Part shown: in pieces, positions 9,975 through 19,730 of the stretch
Position numbering within the stretch: the stretch's first letter is position 1
Layout of the letters: the number at the start of each line of letters is the position of its first letter
NCBI GenBank assembly: GCA_021813025.1
Contig: JAKAME010000001.1
Coordinates: 2,201 to 66,200, forward strand
Source of the DNA: Candidatus Micrarchaeota archaeon
Lineage (GTDB): Archaea > Micrarchaeota > Micrarchaeia > Anstonellales > Anstonellaceae
Direction of reading: 5' to 3'
Length of the DNA: 64,000 bases
Translations under genes and position numbers: made by a program
Notes under the pieces: model-generated
Database searches by the model: none
Told to the model about the DNA's origin: nothing
Seen by the model: only the letters and a program-made list of their open reading frames with translations

Positions 9975-11240
9975 ATGGCCATCTCCATCGAAACCGCCGC
10001 CTTGGCGAATTTCTTCGTCGCGGTGCTGATGCTGCTCTTTTCGTCCCACTTCTTCGGATACCTCTTGGGGCGCTTTTCAATTCCGCGCGTGGTGGGAGAG
10101 ATTTTCGGGGGGCTGGTGCTCGGACCCACCCTGCTGGGCCACTTCTTTCCCCAAACCTATGCCGCCATCTTCCTAGACCAAGGGTTGCTGCTGGCCGGCC
10201 TGTATTGGATAGGGCTTGTGCTGCTGATGTTCATCTCGGGCTTTGAGCTCGCGCCCGGAGTCGAGAGTAAAGACAGGCGCACCATAGCCGCCCTTGTGCT
10301 CGGCACCACCACCATCCCCCTCCTGTGCGGCTGGGCCTTGACCTCGTTCTTTGACCTGGGGGCCTGGATGGGCCCGGCACAGAACGAGCTGGCGCTCAAG
10401 CTCGTCGTCACAGTGGCGCTCGCAGTCACGTCGATTCCGGTCATCTCCAAGATTTTCCTGGATTTGGGCGTCATCCAAACGCGCTTTGCCAAAATCGTGC
10501 TGGCGACCGCCACTATCCATGACATCATCCTATGGGTCTTCGTTTCGGTGGCCACCGGCCTGGTCGCCGCGCAGGCCCTGTCGCTGGCCGGCATTGCATC
10601 CTACGTGCTGGTGACCGTCCTGTTCTTCATGGCGGCCCTGCTCCTCATGCCCCGGATTTTCAAACTCGTTTCGGAGAGGAAACCCCACCTGATTCCCGAC
10701 AGCTATGAGTCCGCGTTCATGGTCCTCATCCTGCTGCTGTTCACGGCCGTAGCTGGCGGGCTGCAGGTCAATCTGGTGTTCGGCGCGCTGCTGGCCGGCG
10801 TGGTGGTCAATTCCATCCAAAGCCGGCGGTTTGAGGACGCCAAGCGCCACGTGAAGGAGTTCTCGATGGCGTTCTTTGTTCCAATCTATTTCGGGGTGGT
10901 CGGCCTGAAGCTCGACCTCTTGCGCCATCTCGACCCGGTCTCCGTCCTGACCTTCATCGCGTTTGCGATGGCGGTGCAGACCGCCGCCGTGCTGCTGACC
11001 ACGCGCCTGCTCAGGTATGACTGGCGTTCCGGCTTCAACTTGGCCATGGCACTTAACAACCGGGGCGGACCCTGCATCGTGCTGGCGACGCTGGCGCTGG
11101 ATGTCGGCATCATCAGCGGGGCCTTTTTCACCGCCTTGGTGCTGCTGGCCATCTTCACCTCCATGACCGCCGGGCTGTGGCTGAAATACGTGCTGGAGAG
11201 AAAGTGGCCCCTGCTGCAAGGCGAGCAGGCAGATGGATGA
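9975..11240 (+). CDS. Cation:proton antiporter (CPA2/Kef-NapA type), polytopic membrane protein
   Basis: Multiple TM helices. N-terminal FGYLLGRFSIPRVVGEIFGGLVLGP is typical of Na+/H+ exchanger family proteins. Confidence 0.75.
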   Translation: MAISIETAALANFFVAVLMLLFSSHFFGYLLGRFSIPRVVGEIFGGLVLGPTLLGHFFPQTYAAIFLDQGLLLAGLYWIGLVLLMFISGFELAPGVESKDRRTIAALVLGTTTIPLLCGWALTSFFDLGAWMGPAQNELALKLVVTVALAVTSIPVISKIFLDLGVIQTRFAKIVLATATIHDIILWVFVSVATGLVAAQALSLAGIASYVLVTVLFFMAALLLMPRIFKLVSERKPHLIPDSYESAFMVLILLLFTAVAGGLQVNLVFGALLAGVVVNSIQSRRFEDAKRHVKEFSMAFFVPIYFGVVGLKLDLLRHLDPVSVLTFIAFAMAVQTAAVLLTTRLLRYDWRSGFNLAMALNNRGGPCIVLATLALDVGIISGAFFTALVLLAIFTSMTAGLWLKYVLERKWPLLQGEQADG

Positions 11241-11273
11241 GCGGATGGCCTGCCGCCGCCCGCTTGGACCGGC

Positions 11274-12269
11274 TCAAACCTTGACCATGAGCCCGCTGCG
11301 GGCCGATGACTTTTTGGCAGCATCCGCTATTTGCACGTCAGACAGGCCGTCGGCGAGGGGGCAGGCGGATTTCTCCTTGCCGTCCAGCACCCGGATGAAA
11401 TGCTCCATCTCGCGCACATACATCCGGTTGCGGTCTTCATGGAGGTCCTGCTCCTGCGCGGCGACCAGGCCTGTGCGAACAACGGCTTTCCCGCTTATGA
11501 AATCGTACGCTGCCGCCCCTTCGGTTCCAATCGCCTTCACCCAGCGGGCCGGCAGGCGGCTGAGATAATCCAGGTGGACGGCCGAGCGGGCGCCGCCCGC
11601 GTGCATGAGCACCACGTCAGCCGTGTCCTCTGTTTCGATTCCCAAGCCCCCGCAGGTGCCGCAGAGGCAGGAGACGCCCGAAACCCGGCCTGCGAGGGCG
11701 CGAACATAGTCGATTTCGTGTATGCCGTCCAGCAGTATGCCGCCGCCAGTGGCCTTTTTGGCCGCGTAATTCTTCAGATAGTCGGTGCCCGGCCGCCATT
11801 CAGGCAGATAGGAGCTGTTGTGGGCCAGCAGCTGGACGATGCTGCCCAGGCGGCCTGAGCGCACGATGCGCTCGAACTCAATGAAGCCTGCATTGAAGCG
11901 CATGTTGCAGCCCACGAGAGTCTTGAGCCTTCTTTTGGCGGCTGCCTTCAGCACCGGCCCAGCGCCGGCCGAGGACATGAACGCGGGCTTTTCCAGAAAG
12001 AAATCCAAATCATGCGACAGGCACAGCTTCACGTGCTGCATGTGCAGGTGATTCGGCGAGCAGATGAGGGCTGCGTCATAGTTGCCGGCTTTCTCGAATG
12101 CCTTCTCGATGCTTGTGAAGGCCTCTGCCCCGCTTGCCTGCGATATTTGCCTCGCCTTTTCCGGGGAGGGGTTGAACACGCCCCCAAGCGTCTCGCCCAG
12201 CTGCACGAGGTTGCGCGCGTGCCGCTGGCCGATGGAGCCGGCGCCGATGAGAAGAAAGGAATAGGTCAT
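11274..12269 (-). CDS. Gfo/Idh/MocA-family NAD(P)-dependent oxidoreductase
   Basis: LLIGAGSIGQRHARNL N-terminal dinucleotide-binding motif and LCSPNHLHMQH...EKP region. Confidence 0.75.
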   Translation of the reverse strand: MTYSFLLIGAGSIGQRHARNLVQLGETLGGVFNPSPEKARQISQASGAEAFTSIEKAFEKAGNYDAALICSPNHLHMQHVKLCLSHDLDFFLEKPAFMSSAGAGPVLKAAAKRRLKTLVGCNMRFNAGFIEFERIVRSGRLGSIVQLLAHNSSYLPEWRPGTDYLKNYAAKKATGGGILLDGIHEIDYVRALAGRVSGVSCLCGTCGGLGIETEDTADVVLMHAGGARSAVHLDYLSRLPARWVKAIGTEGAAAYDFISGKAVVRTGLVAAQEQDLHEDRNRMYVREMEHFIRVLDGKEKSACPLADGLSDVQIADAAKKSSARSGLMVKV

Positions 12270-12306
12270 GTCGACACATCTCGTTTGGGTTAAATAAGGA
12301 TTTTAT

Positions 12307-12418
12307 AGGGAGGAGATGGGGAGGGGGTCAGGAGGAACCTGAAACTGGGGGGAGGGGGAACCCCTCCCCGCGGTTCGGGCACAAGCTTTATGAGCTTGGG
12401 CCGAACCGGATTTAAACC
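12307..12418 (+). repeat. Copy A of about 110-nt element: gggagggggtcaggagga + G-rich palindrome (ggggggagggggaacccctcccc) + gcggttcggg + tRNA-3'-end-like tail
   Basis: About 75% identical to 24018-24160, which ends in the genuine 3' end of the intron-containing tRNA. Confidence 0.55.
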
Positions 12419-13372
12419 ATGAAAATAGTCATCACCGGCGGGGCGGGCTTCATAGGCTCTCACCTGGCGGAGCGGCTCTGCCCACGGCACGAGGTCGTGG
12501 TCATAGACAACCTCTCAAGCGGCAGCATGGAGAATCTGGCCGGGCTGAAAGGAAGAATCAGGTTCGCTCGGGCGGACATCACCTGCCCCGGCGCGCTGGC
12601 GCCGCATTTCTTGGGGGCTGACGCCGTCCTGCACCTTGCCGCCCTGACTTCGGTGGGCGAGAGCGTGAAAAACCCGCAGCCCACGCTCAAGACAAACGTG
12701 GAGGGCACGCGCAACGTGCTGGAGCAGGCGCGCAAATCCGATGTCGGGCGGGTCGTGCTGGCAAGCTCGGCGAGCGTGTACGGGGACGCCAGCAGGCAGC
12801 CTGTGGCCGAGGACGACCCCCTCGCCCCCATGAGCCCCTATGCCGAGTCAAAGATGGTCAACGAGCTGGACGCGCGGGAATATTTCGAGCGCTACGGGCT
12901 GAAAACCATCTCCCTGCGCTATTTCAACGTCTACGGCCCGCGCCAGAGGCCTGACTCGGACTATGCGCCCGTGATTCCCAAGTTCATTTCCTCCATGACA
13001 AGCGGTCGCCGGCCGGTGATTTACGGCGACGGGCGGCAGAGCCGGGATTTCATTTTCGTCAGGGACGTGGCAGGAGCGAACGAGAAGGCGCTGGCGGCCA
13101 GGAAAGGGTTTGGGGAGGCTTTCAACATCGCGTCAGGAAAAAGCGTCAGCATACTCGAGCTCTACCGCGCCATCGCCCGCGAGATTGGATTTTCCGCCCC
13201 GCCGCGCTTCGGGCCCGCGCGGAAGGGCGACATACGCAAAAGCGAGGCCAGCATCGGCAAGGCCAAGGCGGTGCTGGGCTTCTCGCCCTCCACCGGCCTC
13301 AAGGACGGCCTGAAGGAAACTGCCCGGTGGTTCGCCGGCAGGACGGATGCCGAAAAGAGTGGTTTGGAATGA
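12419..13372 (+). CDS. NAD-dependent sugar epimerase/dehydratase (SDR extended family)
   Basis: MKIVITGGAGFIGSHL and YAESK catalytic motif. Confidence 0.85.
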   Translation: MKIVITGGAGFIGSHLAERLCPRHEVVVIDNLSSGSMENLAGLKGRIRFARADITCPGALAPHFLGADAVLHLAALTSVGESVKNPQPTLKTNVEGTRNVLEQARKSDVGRVVLASSASVYGDASRQPVAEDDPLAPMSPYAESKMVNELDAREYFERYGLKTISLRYFNVYGPRQRPDSDYAPVIPKFISSMTSGRRPVIYGDGRQSRDFIFVRDVAGANEKALAARKGFGEAFNIASGKSVSILELYRAIAREIGFSAPPRFGPARKGDIRKSEASIGKAKAVLGFSPSTGLKDGLKETARWFAGRTDAEKSGLE

Positions 13373-14379
13373 AAGTCCTCTACTTCGTCCACACGTTCTA
13401 CCCGGAGCTCAACGGCATCTCTATCCACCTGCATTACCTGACGAAAAATCTCGGAGCCAACGTCGAGACGGTCGTCATGCCGGGCAGGGGTTTCGCCATT
13501 CCGGGCTTTTCATCAATGCGCCTCCCGCTCGCCGAGTTTTTCAGCGCGCTGGGCGCGCCCTGCGACCTGGTGCATGTGCACGGCTACAGCTTTTTCAGCG
13601 GCGCGGGCGCTATTCTGGCCCGCCTGCGCGGCAAGCCGCTGGTGTGGACAGTGCATGGAGTGCCAAAATTCAAGGACAGGCGCAAGTGGCTGCTGGCCCT
13701 CTACGATTTTCTCTTCCTTGGCTGGCTAAAGTCGGCGGACGCGATAATATCGGTCAGCCATGACGCGAAAGTGAAGGAGTGGGAGGGGCAGGGCAGGCCG
13801 ATAAATTATCTGCCAAACGGGGTTGACACCGACTTGTTCAGGCCTGCCGGCTCCTACCGACAGGCGAAATACGCGGCCTACTTCGGCCGCCTTGACAAGG
13901 ACAAGGGAGTGGAGGAGATGATGGGGATACGCTCGCTCCCGGTTCTGCTGGTCGGGCCTGACGAGGGCATGCTTGACAAGCTCAGGGCCATGGGCGGGCT
14001 GCAATACCGCTCGGCCCCGCACGAGGAAATGCCCTCCCTCTACAGCCAGTGCCGCTACGTGCTGCTGCCCTCTCGCTATGAGGGCTACCCGCTCACCATG
14101 CTTGAGGCGCTGGCGTGCGAGCGGCCTTTTGTCGCACGGCCTGTAGGCGAGATTCCGCAGGTGATGAAGGAGCTGCTCGGCGGGGACAAATGGCGGAAAT
14201 ACATGATAGGGGATGACGAGCCTCTGGAAGCGCCGCTCGCCCGCCTTGAGAAGGAGAATCTGGAGCCAGAGCTGAAGGCTGCGCGCAGAAAAATAGAGCA
14301 AACCCTATCATGGAGCGCGGCTGCGGCCCGGACTTGTGCCATTTACGAGCAGGTGCTGGGGAAAAGAAGGCAGAAATAG
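13369..14379 (+). CDS. Glycosyltransferase family 4
   Basis: GT-B N-terminal domain. C-terminal SRYEGYPLTMLEALACERPFV motif. Start ATGA-coupled to the upstream epimerase. Confidence 0.75.
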   Translation: MKVLYFVHTFYPELNGISIHLHYLTKNLGANVETVVMPGRGFAIPGFSSMRLPLAEFFSALGAPCDLVHVHGYSFFSGAGAILARLRGKPLVWTVHGVPKFKDRRKWLLALYDFLFLGWLKSADAIISVSHDAKVKEWEGQGRPINYLPNGVDTDLFRPAGSYRQAKYAAYFGRLDKDKGVEEMMGIRSLPVLLVGPDEGMLDKLRAMGGLQYRSAPHEEMPSLYSQCRYVLLPSRYEGYPLTMLEALACERPFVARPVGEIPQVMKELLGGDKWRKYMIGDDEPLEAPLARLEKENLEPELKAARRKIEQTLSWSAAAARTCAIYEQVLGKRRQK

Positions 14380-14393
14380 GCTGTTTCCCCATT

Positions 14394-16025
14394 CTATTTC
14401 GTTTCTTCTCCGGCATGCAGGCGCGCGTCCCAGAACACCATGCGGGCCAGCGGCGTCTGCCATGCGCGCGGCACCCCGAATTTGGAAAGTATTTTGCCGA
14501 ACACCGCCCTGTCCTCAGGCTCGAAAAGATGCAGCACGTTGACAAGCACAAGGTAGAGCAGGCTGCCCGCGCCCAAAAACACGCCAAGAACCGCCATCTT
14601 GATTAGCTTGTCCAGCACGCCGCCAAGCAGCGCGGAGTCGGGGATGATTATCGGGAGGTGGACCAGCGGGTCATAGGCCGCCAGCTCGATTAGCATGAGC
14701 ACTGCCAGCACCACGGCGCCCGCAAGCAGGTTTTTCCACGCGCTTTGGGGGAATGAGAAGCCCATGCGCCTGCTCGCGTAGTGGTGGTTGACCAGGCTCA
14801 TCACGCTGAAGGCTGCCAGGCTCGCCACGGCGGCGCCGTTGATGCCATAGGCGGGGATGAGCAGCAGGCAGAGCAGGACGTTGACTGCAGCGCCGCAAAT
14901 CATGGAGTAAAGCTCGATGCGCACCAGGCGCATGCCTGCCAGGGCCGTGCGCTGGATTGCGCCCATCGCGCTGGCGAGGGTGCCAAGGCTGAACAGCACC
15001 AGCACCCAGGCCCCTGCCTCGTAGCTGGCGCCATAGAGCGAGCGCAGGATGGGGGCCGCGAAGGCGCAGACGAAAGCCGCGATGGGAACGGAAGAGAACA
15101 GGGTCCAGCGCAGGGCGGTCTGTGACATGCGCTGCACGCGGGCGCGGTCCTCGCGGCCTATCAGTTCGGATACCACAGGCAGGAAGATGGGCGTGATGGA
15201 GCCTGCGAAAATCAGCACCAGGCCGGCGAAGCTGGAGGCTATGGTGTAGATGGCGATTTGGGGGTTTACGTCGCTGGACAGGTAATAGCCCAGCAGCACC
15301 CGGTCGGTGTAGGCAACGAAGTTGGAGAACAGCACCACGCCCACGATGGTGAGGCCGAAGGGGACCATCTCGCGCGCGATGGGCCAGTATGTTTGGAGCG
15401 GGAAGCGCGGATGCTGGCCCAGCGAGGACAGCGGCTTGAGCAGGGCCCACATCAGGTAGAAGCAGGGGATGACGAAGGAGAGCATGTAGGTGATGGAGAG
15501 CGAGCGGGCGTCCACGCCAAGGGTGAAGATGAGGGAGAGCAGCAGGAGGATTTTGAGCACGTTCTGCGCGCTGTAGCCCACAGAGTATGCGTGCAGCTGC
15601 TTGAAGGCGACCAGCAGGCTGAGCAAAATGTTGAATGCGGCGTAAATCGAGAGCTGGATGGCGAGCAGCTGCATCACGGGCCCGAGGCCGGGGTTGTGGA
15701 AGAAGGCGGCGAAGGCGTCCGCCAAGAGGAAAGTGGCTACGCTGCAGAGGGCCAGCAGCGCGGTGCCGGCCGTGACTGAGAAGCGGATGACCTGCTCGGC
15801 GACTGCCTTCTCCTTGCGGCCCAGATGGTAGGGGATGTAGCGCTGAATGGCGGTGGAAAGGCCGAAATCCGCGAAAATGCCCATGATGCCCACGATGCTG
15901 AGGCCGAAATAGAACAGCCCGACCTGCTCCTGCGCGGCGAGGCGGGCTACGAGTATGGTGTAGACAAAAGAGCAGAGCTTGACTATTATGCTGGAGAGGT
16001 TCTGCCACATCGTGCCCTTGGCCAT
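14394..16025 (-). CDS. Polysaccharide/oligosaccharide flippase (Wzx-like, MOP superfamily), 12+ TM
   Basis: Long hydrophobic protein with the Wzx-type topology. Start ambiguous (16010-16070). Confidence 0.7.
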   Translation of the reverse strand: MAKGTMWQNLSSIIVKLCSFVYTILVARLAAQEQVGLFYFGLSIVGIMGIFADFGLSTAIQRYIPYHLGRKEKAVAEQVIRFSVTAGTALLALCSVATFLLADAFAAFFHNPGLGPVMQLLAIQLSIYAAFNILLSLLVAFKQLHAYSVGYSAQNVLKILLLLSLIFTLGVDARSLSITYMLSFVIPCFYLMWALLKPLSSLGQHPRFPLQTYWPIAREMVPFGLTIVGVVLFSNFVAYTDRVLLGYYLSSDVNPQIAIYTIASSFAGLVLIFAGSITPIFLPVVSELIGREDRARVQRMSQTALRWTLFSSVPIAAFVCAFAAPILRSLYGASYEAGAWVLVLFSLGTLASAMGAIQRTALAGMRLVRIELYSMICGAAVNVLLCLLLIPAYGINGAAVASLAAFSVMSLVNHHYASRRMGFSFPQSAWKNLLAGAVVLAVLMLIELAAYDPLVHLPIIIPDSALLGGVLDKLIKMAVLGVFLGAGSLLYLVLVNVLHLFEPEDRAVFGKILSKFGVPRAWQTPLARMVFWDARLHAGEETK

Positions 16026-16111
16026 TACGGCCGTCTCCTCGTCAAGCTCCATAGCAAACCAAAGGGGCATAGCACGGCGACCTTTTAATAATCAAATCAC
16101 ATGATTCGGCC

Positions 16112-16660
16112 ATGAAGCTCCGCCTCTCTCCCACCCTCTCCTACCTCATAGGCCTGTGGAAGCACTGCCGCACGCGCGAGGGCATCGGCATAGTGGGAAA
16201 CGAAGCCATGCGCACGGCCTTCCTCTCCAAAGTGATTGAGGCCGGGCTCACTCCGGCCGACAAGGTTGTGGTGGAGGACAATGCAACCTATTTCCACCAC
16301 ACCGCCTACCGCGCGTTTTTTGAGGAAGTGCTGAAAGAGGAAACCGAGCGCTTCTGCCATGCGAATGATTTTTCCGCCGCATTCCTGGCCGGCCTCTATG
16401 ACGCCAACGGCGGGACGGAGAAGGGCAAGCTGTATTTGGGCAGATGGGACCAGCATGACGAGATGGTGCTGCTTAGGCTCAACTTCATGGCTGCAAAGGC
16501 TGGCGGGAGGCTCTGGGTGGGGCCTGCGGACGTGTTTTTGAAATTCACAAAGGAGTGGAGACAGGTGGACAGGCCGAGTGTGAGGGTGGAGAGGACGGAC
16601 AGGCGGGGCGAGAGGGGGCGAGGATTGGATAAAGAAGAAGGCTCTAAATATCCAGAATAG
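16112..16660 (+). CDS. Degenerate LAGLIDADG homing-endonuclease-like protein
   Basis: Motif LAGLYDANGG followed by KGKLYLG resembles a LAGLIDADG block with the second acidic residue replaced by N. A weaker first block SYLIGLW lies about 85 aa upstream. Confidence 0.4.
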   Translation: MKLRLSPTLSYLIGLWKHCRTREGIGIVGNEAMRTAFLSKVIEAGLTPADKVVVEDNATYFHHTAYRAFFEEVLKEETERFCHANDFSAAFLAGLYDANGGTEKGKLYLGRWDQHDEMVLLRLNFMAAKAGGRLWVGPADVFLKFTKEWRQVDRPSVRVERTDRRGERGRGLDKEEGSKYPE

Positions 16661-16741
16661 GCCGGATAGATGCGCCATCCACAGGTGTGGTAATAATACA
16701 AACGATATGTTTATATATCGCTTTGGGCAGAATAATAGACG

Positions 16742-17404
16742 GTGAGATTCATGACTTCCCCATGGACGCTGATGCAAAAACCACAGATGCCACCGCGAAA
16801 TCCACAAATGGCAATGGCGCAACGACCGAATGAATTGGTTCTTAGACAAAGTCGAGTTTTAACAAGACAAAATCCATTTTTAACAACCTTGGAAGGGCAC
16901 ATGAAACAAGAGGCAGGCCTGAAATTGGACTTAATACGTCAAAAGCTCTTACGTGGCGAATTTCATGATTACTTAGAAGTGCAAGCAACGACTCTGAGAT
17001 GGATAGAAGATTTAGATATGAACTTTAGAGGGATGGCGGTAGGACACGTAGCCGCCGACATTGCCAACAAATTTGCGCCTGACAGAACACAAATAATTGG
17101 TGACGAACTGAGGGTCATTGTAAAGAGAAACGCCCGCGGCTATACGCTGGATGAGGTTGCAAGGGAGTCTGCAAAACTTGGCAGGCAGCTTAAGCAGATA
17201 AAAATTGAAAAGGGCGCCAGTGTCAAATACGGGCTGTATTATGTTTTAGCCAAAAAGATTGACCAGCAAATGAGAAAGCGCACGAAAGAAAACATCTCCA
17301 GAGCACTAACAGGCATTAAGGAACTCGACAGCCTCATCGAGGATATTGAAAAGAAAATTGACGGCCTGTACATGCTTCCGAAAAGCGAGGGTTTGATTAA
17401 ATAA
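16742..17404 (+). CDS. Hypothetical protein in AT-rich islet
   Basis: ORF with a clear GC drop relative to its flanks. No recognisable family. Followed by a hairpin plus T-tract. Confidence 0.5.
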   Translation: MRFMTSPWTLMQKPQMPPRNPQMAMAQRPNELVLRQSRVLTRQNPFLTTLEGHMKQEAGLKLDLIRQKLLRGEFHDYLEVQATTLRWIEDLDMNFRGMAVGHVAADIANKFAPDRTQIIGDELRVIVKRNARGYTLDEVARESAKLGRQLKQIKIEKGASVKYGLYYVLAKKIDQQMRKRTKENISRALTGIKELDSLIEDIEKKIDGLYMLPKSEGLIK

Positions 17405-17405
17405 C

Positions 17406-17440
17406 GCGCAAAAACAAATGCGCGTATTTTATTTATTGCA
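17406..17440 (+). terminator. Candidate intrinsic terminator (hairpin cgcgca-aaaacaaa-tgcgcg followed by tattttattt)
   Basis: Perfect 6-bp inverted repeat immediately after the stop codon, followed by a T-rich tract. Confidence 0.45.
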
Positions 17441-17497
17441 TAGCGGGAGCCATGAGCGGCCACAGCACCAGAACCGATGATATGGGCAGCACGATTT

Positions 17498-19063
17498 CTA
17501 CTTTGTCACAATGAGCTGCGCATTCTTGCCCAGAAGCAGCACAAGCTCGCCCGGCTGGCCGCCCGGCACGGGATTTGACTTCACCCAATAGTCCACCATC
17601 GCGTCGCGCAAAGAGAGCAAGTCTCCGGGCTTGATGCCGTCCGCGCGCGGGGGCTGCACGTAAAGAGGCAGCTGGTGCTTGCCGTCTGAGAGAAGCAGGC
17701 GGTTGTAGGCCAGCAGCTTCTTGCCGTGCGGCACGGATACCACCATGTTGTCCAGAACTTCGAGCGGCAGGGTGGAGAGTTTCTTCAAGCCCGGCTTGAG
17801 GCCGGAGAGGTTCTCGATTCCCTCCTGGTGCGTGCGCTTGACAGCTATTTCAAAGGCAAGCTCGATGTCGGATTTTGCCTCCTTCATGAGCCTCTCCTTC
17901 TCCTTCTTTATTTCCGAGGCCTTGATGCCGGGCGTGAGCGCAATCGCATAGGCGAGCTTGTAGTAGTAGAGCGCGTGCCTCGGCATCTTCACGCCCTCCT
18001 CGTCCATTGACTGCGGCTCGGCAGGCTCCTCTGCCAGCATGGAAGGGATTGCGGCAGTCGGCGAGGGGGCTTTGGGCTGGAGGTATTCGGGGATGGGGAA
18101 ATTGGTGGCTTCCTCCATGCGGGATTGCATTGAAGGGGAGGAAGAGGAAAGGGACGGCTGGCGGGATGAGCCGGCCTCTGCCTGGCCAGAATAACCCGCG
18201 TGCGCGCCCCTCATTCGCCGCAATTCTTCCGGCGAGCGCAAATGCGCAGGCACGCCCACGTCTGCTTCGGCCTGCTCAAGCATGCTGGAGCGCGCAGCGC
18301 GGATGGCTTCCATGCCCGCCATCGGGTCGCGGGCGGGAATGGGAACCGATGCGGGAACAGCATCAGAGGAGTCGTCATCTCCTGCATCTTCCCCCTCAGC
18401 CTGCATCCGCGCAGCTTCCTCGGCCTGGGCAGCCCTGGCGCTCTCGGCCTGCTGGGCCCTTGCAGTTGCTTTCTCCTCGTCGCTCAGGTGCGCAGTAGCA
18501 ACCTGCTCGAAAGAGGGGCGTGAAGTGGAATGGCCTGCCTCGGCCGGGCGGGAGGCCGGAGTTTGGGAGGGCGCAGCCCCGCCGGGCGCGCCGGGCATCC
18601 ATGAAAACAGCTTCTCGATAGAGGGCAGAAGCCTGTCTCGCGCCGCCTTGTTTTTGGAGAAAAGGCGCTCAAGGGATGGAAGGAGCTTCTGGCGCGCCTC
18701 GGCCATGTCCGCGGGCGGAGGCTTGCCCTCCTGCCTTGCCTCGAAAATCTTCTCAAGGCTCACCAGAGCCTCCCTCTCCTCGCCCTTGAAGCTGTCAAGG
18801 GCTGCGCGCGCCATCTCCTGCACGCCAGGGTCCTTGTCTGCCCCCAATTCGAGCAGGGCGAACACCGCGCGCGGGTCGTCCAGCCCGGCCAGCTCCTGCG
18901 CCGCCCGGCGGCGCACGTCTGGGTTGGAATCATAGGTAAGGGAAACAAGCTTGTCTATACGGGCGCTCTCGTCCTGCGCGGGCGGAGGGGCGGGGGGGAG
19001 GTGGGACTGGCCTGCAGAGGCTGCGGCGCTGCCCTTTGTGCCTTTGCGCTCGCTCATGGCCAT
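17498..19063 (-). CDS. HEAT-repeat (PBS-lyase type) protein with low-complexity A/E/S-rich linker and uncharacterised C-terminal domain
   Basis: NPDVRRRAAQELAGLDDPRAVFALLELGADKDPGVQEMA HEAT-like repeats at the N-terminus. Confidence 0.65.
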   Translation of the reverse strand: MAMSERKGTKGSAAASAGQSHLPPAPPPAQDESARIDKLVSLTYDSNPDVRRRAAQELAGLDDPRAVFALLELGADKDPGVQEMARAALDSFKGEEREALVSLEKIFEARQEGKPPPADMAEARQKLLPSLERLFSKNKAARDRLLPSIEKLFSWMPGAPGGAAPSQTPASRPAEAGHSTSRPSFEQVATAHLSDEEKATARAQQAESARAAQAEEAARMQAEGEDAGDDDSSDAVPASVPIPARDPMAGMEAIRAARSSMLEQAEADVGVPAHLRSPEELRRMRGAHAGYSGQAEAGSSRQPSLSSSSPSMQSRMEEATNFPIPEYLQPKAPSPTAAIPSMLAEEPAEPQSMDEEGVKMPRHALYYYKLAYAIALTPGIKASEIKKEKERLMKEAKSDIELAFEIAVKRTHQEGIENLSGLKPGLKKLSTLPLEVLDNMVVSVPHGKKLLAYNRLLLSDGKHQLPLYVQPPRADGIKPGDLLSLRDAMVDYWVKSNPVPGGQPGELVLLLGKNAQLIVTK

Positions 19064-19139
19064 CCCTCGCTATAGGAGGGGGCAGAGGCAGCCAAACCTT
19101 AAAAGACGCTTCCAGACGACGAAGAGGCTTTGCGGGGTG

Positions 19140-19195
19140 GGCGTCGCTAGTATATTTTTATACAAAAATGTTTATATTTAGAAAGCGGAGCAGGA
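19140..19195. promoter_or_regulatory. AT-rich archaeal TATA/BRE-like promoter region (possibly bidirectional)
   Basis: tatatttttatacaaaaatgtttatatttag in otherwise GC-rich DNA, upstream of the HEAT-protein start. Confidence 0.4.
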
Positions 19196-19566
19196 GTAGT
19201 TGGTGATGATTGTGAACAGTTTCATGCCCAGAAAAATCCCGCAGCCCGCCATATTCGTGGTGCTCAACAGCCAAAAGCGCGAGGAGAAGGCGAGGGAAAA
19301 AGCGCCTGACTCCAACTCCTCGTTCGGGGGCTATCGGCAGTTCGCGTTCAAGCGGGGCGAGGGGCTCGGCAGCGAGCTGATGGGGCGGCAAAAAAATCCC
19401 ATGACAAAGTCGGAGCAGAATGAAACGCCCAAGGACAAGACGCCGGCCAAAAGCGAGGAGACGGCCAAAAGGCCGGCCAATGTTGAAAAGGAAAAACACA
19501 GATTTGATTATGGCCCGGAGGTGCAGCCTGGAGGATTCAGAATACCGCCCGGGACATACTGCTGAT

Positions 19567-19638
19567 TGGACTCGGAGGGATTTGAACCCTCGACCTTTCC
19601 GTTGCAAACGGAACGCGCTACCGCTGCGCCACGAGCCC
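19567..19638 (-). tRNA. tRNA-Ala (anticodon UGC)
   Basis: Reverse complement folds as a cloverleaf GGGCTCG...anticodon loop TTTGCAA...GGTTCAAATCC, with the G3:U70 alanine identity pair. Confidence 0.9.
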
Positions 19639-19730
19639 GCATTAAAATTGGCGCATTTGGGGCTAATAAACAATATGGACGGAAATCCGCCCCCCTCGCC
19701 CATAAAAAGAACTGGGCCTCAGAAAAAGGC

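Noticed and set aside
14671-16008. 445-aa Pro/Arg/Gly-rich ORF on the minus strand in another frame over the flippase gene
   Set aside because: Composition is typical of out-of-frame reading of high-GC coding DNA. The in-frame multi-TM flippase reading is far more protein-like.
19200-19565. 121-aa ORF ending exactly at the tRNA-Ala 3' end
   Set aside because: Low-complexity K/E/P-rich sequence with no family. It may simply be the tRNA trailer/promoter region read through. Kept as uncertain and not listed as a gene.
19566-19730. N-terminal 55 codons of the RecJ-like ORF as given in the ORF track
   Set aside because: This stretch overlaps tRNA-Ala (19567-19638) on the opposite strand. The start was moved to the first Met after the tRNA (19731).
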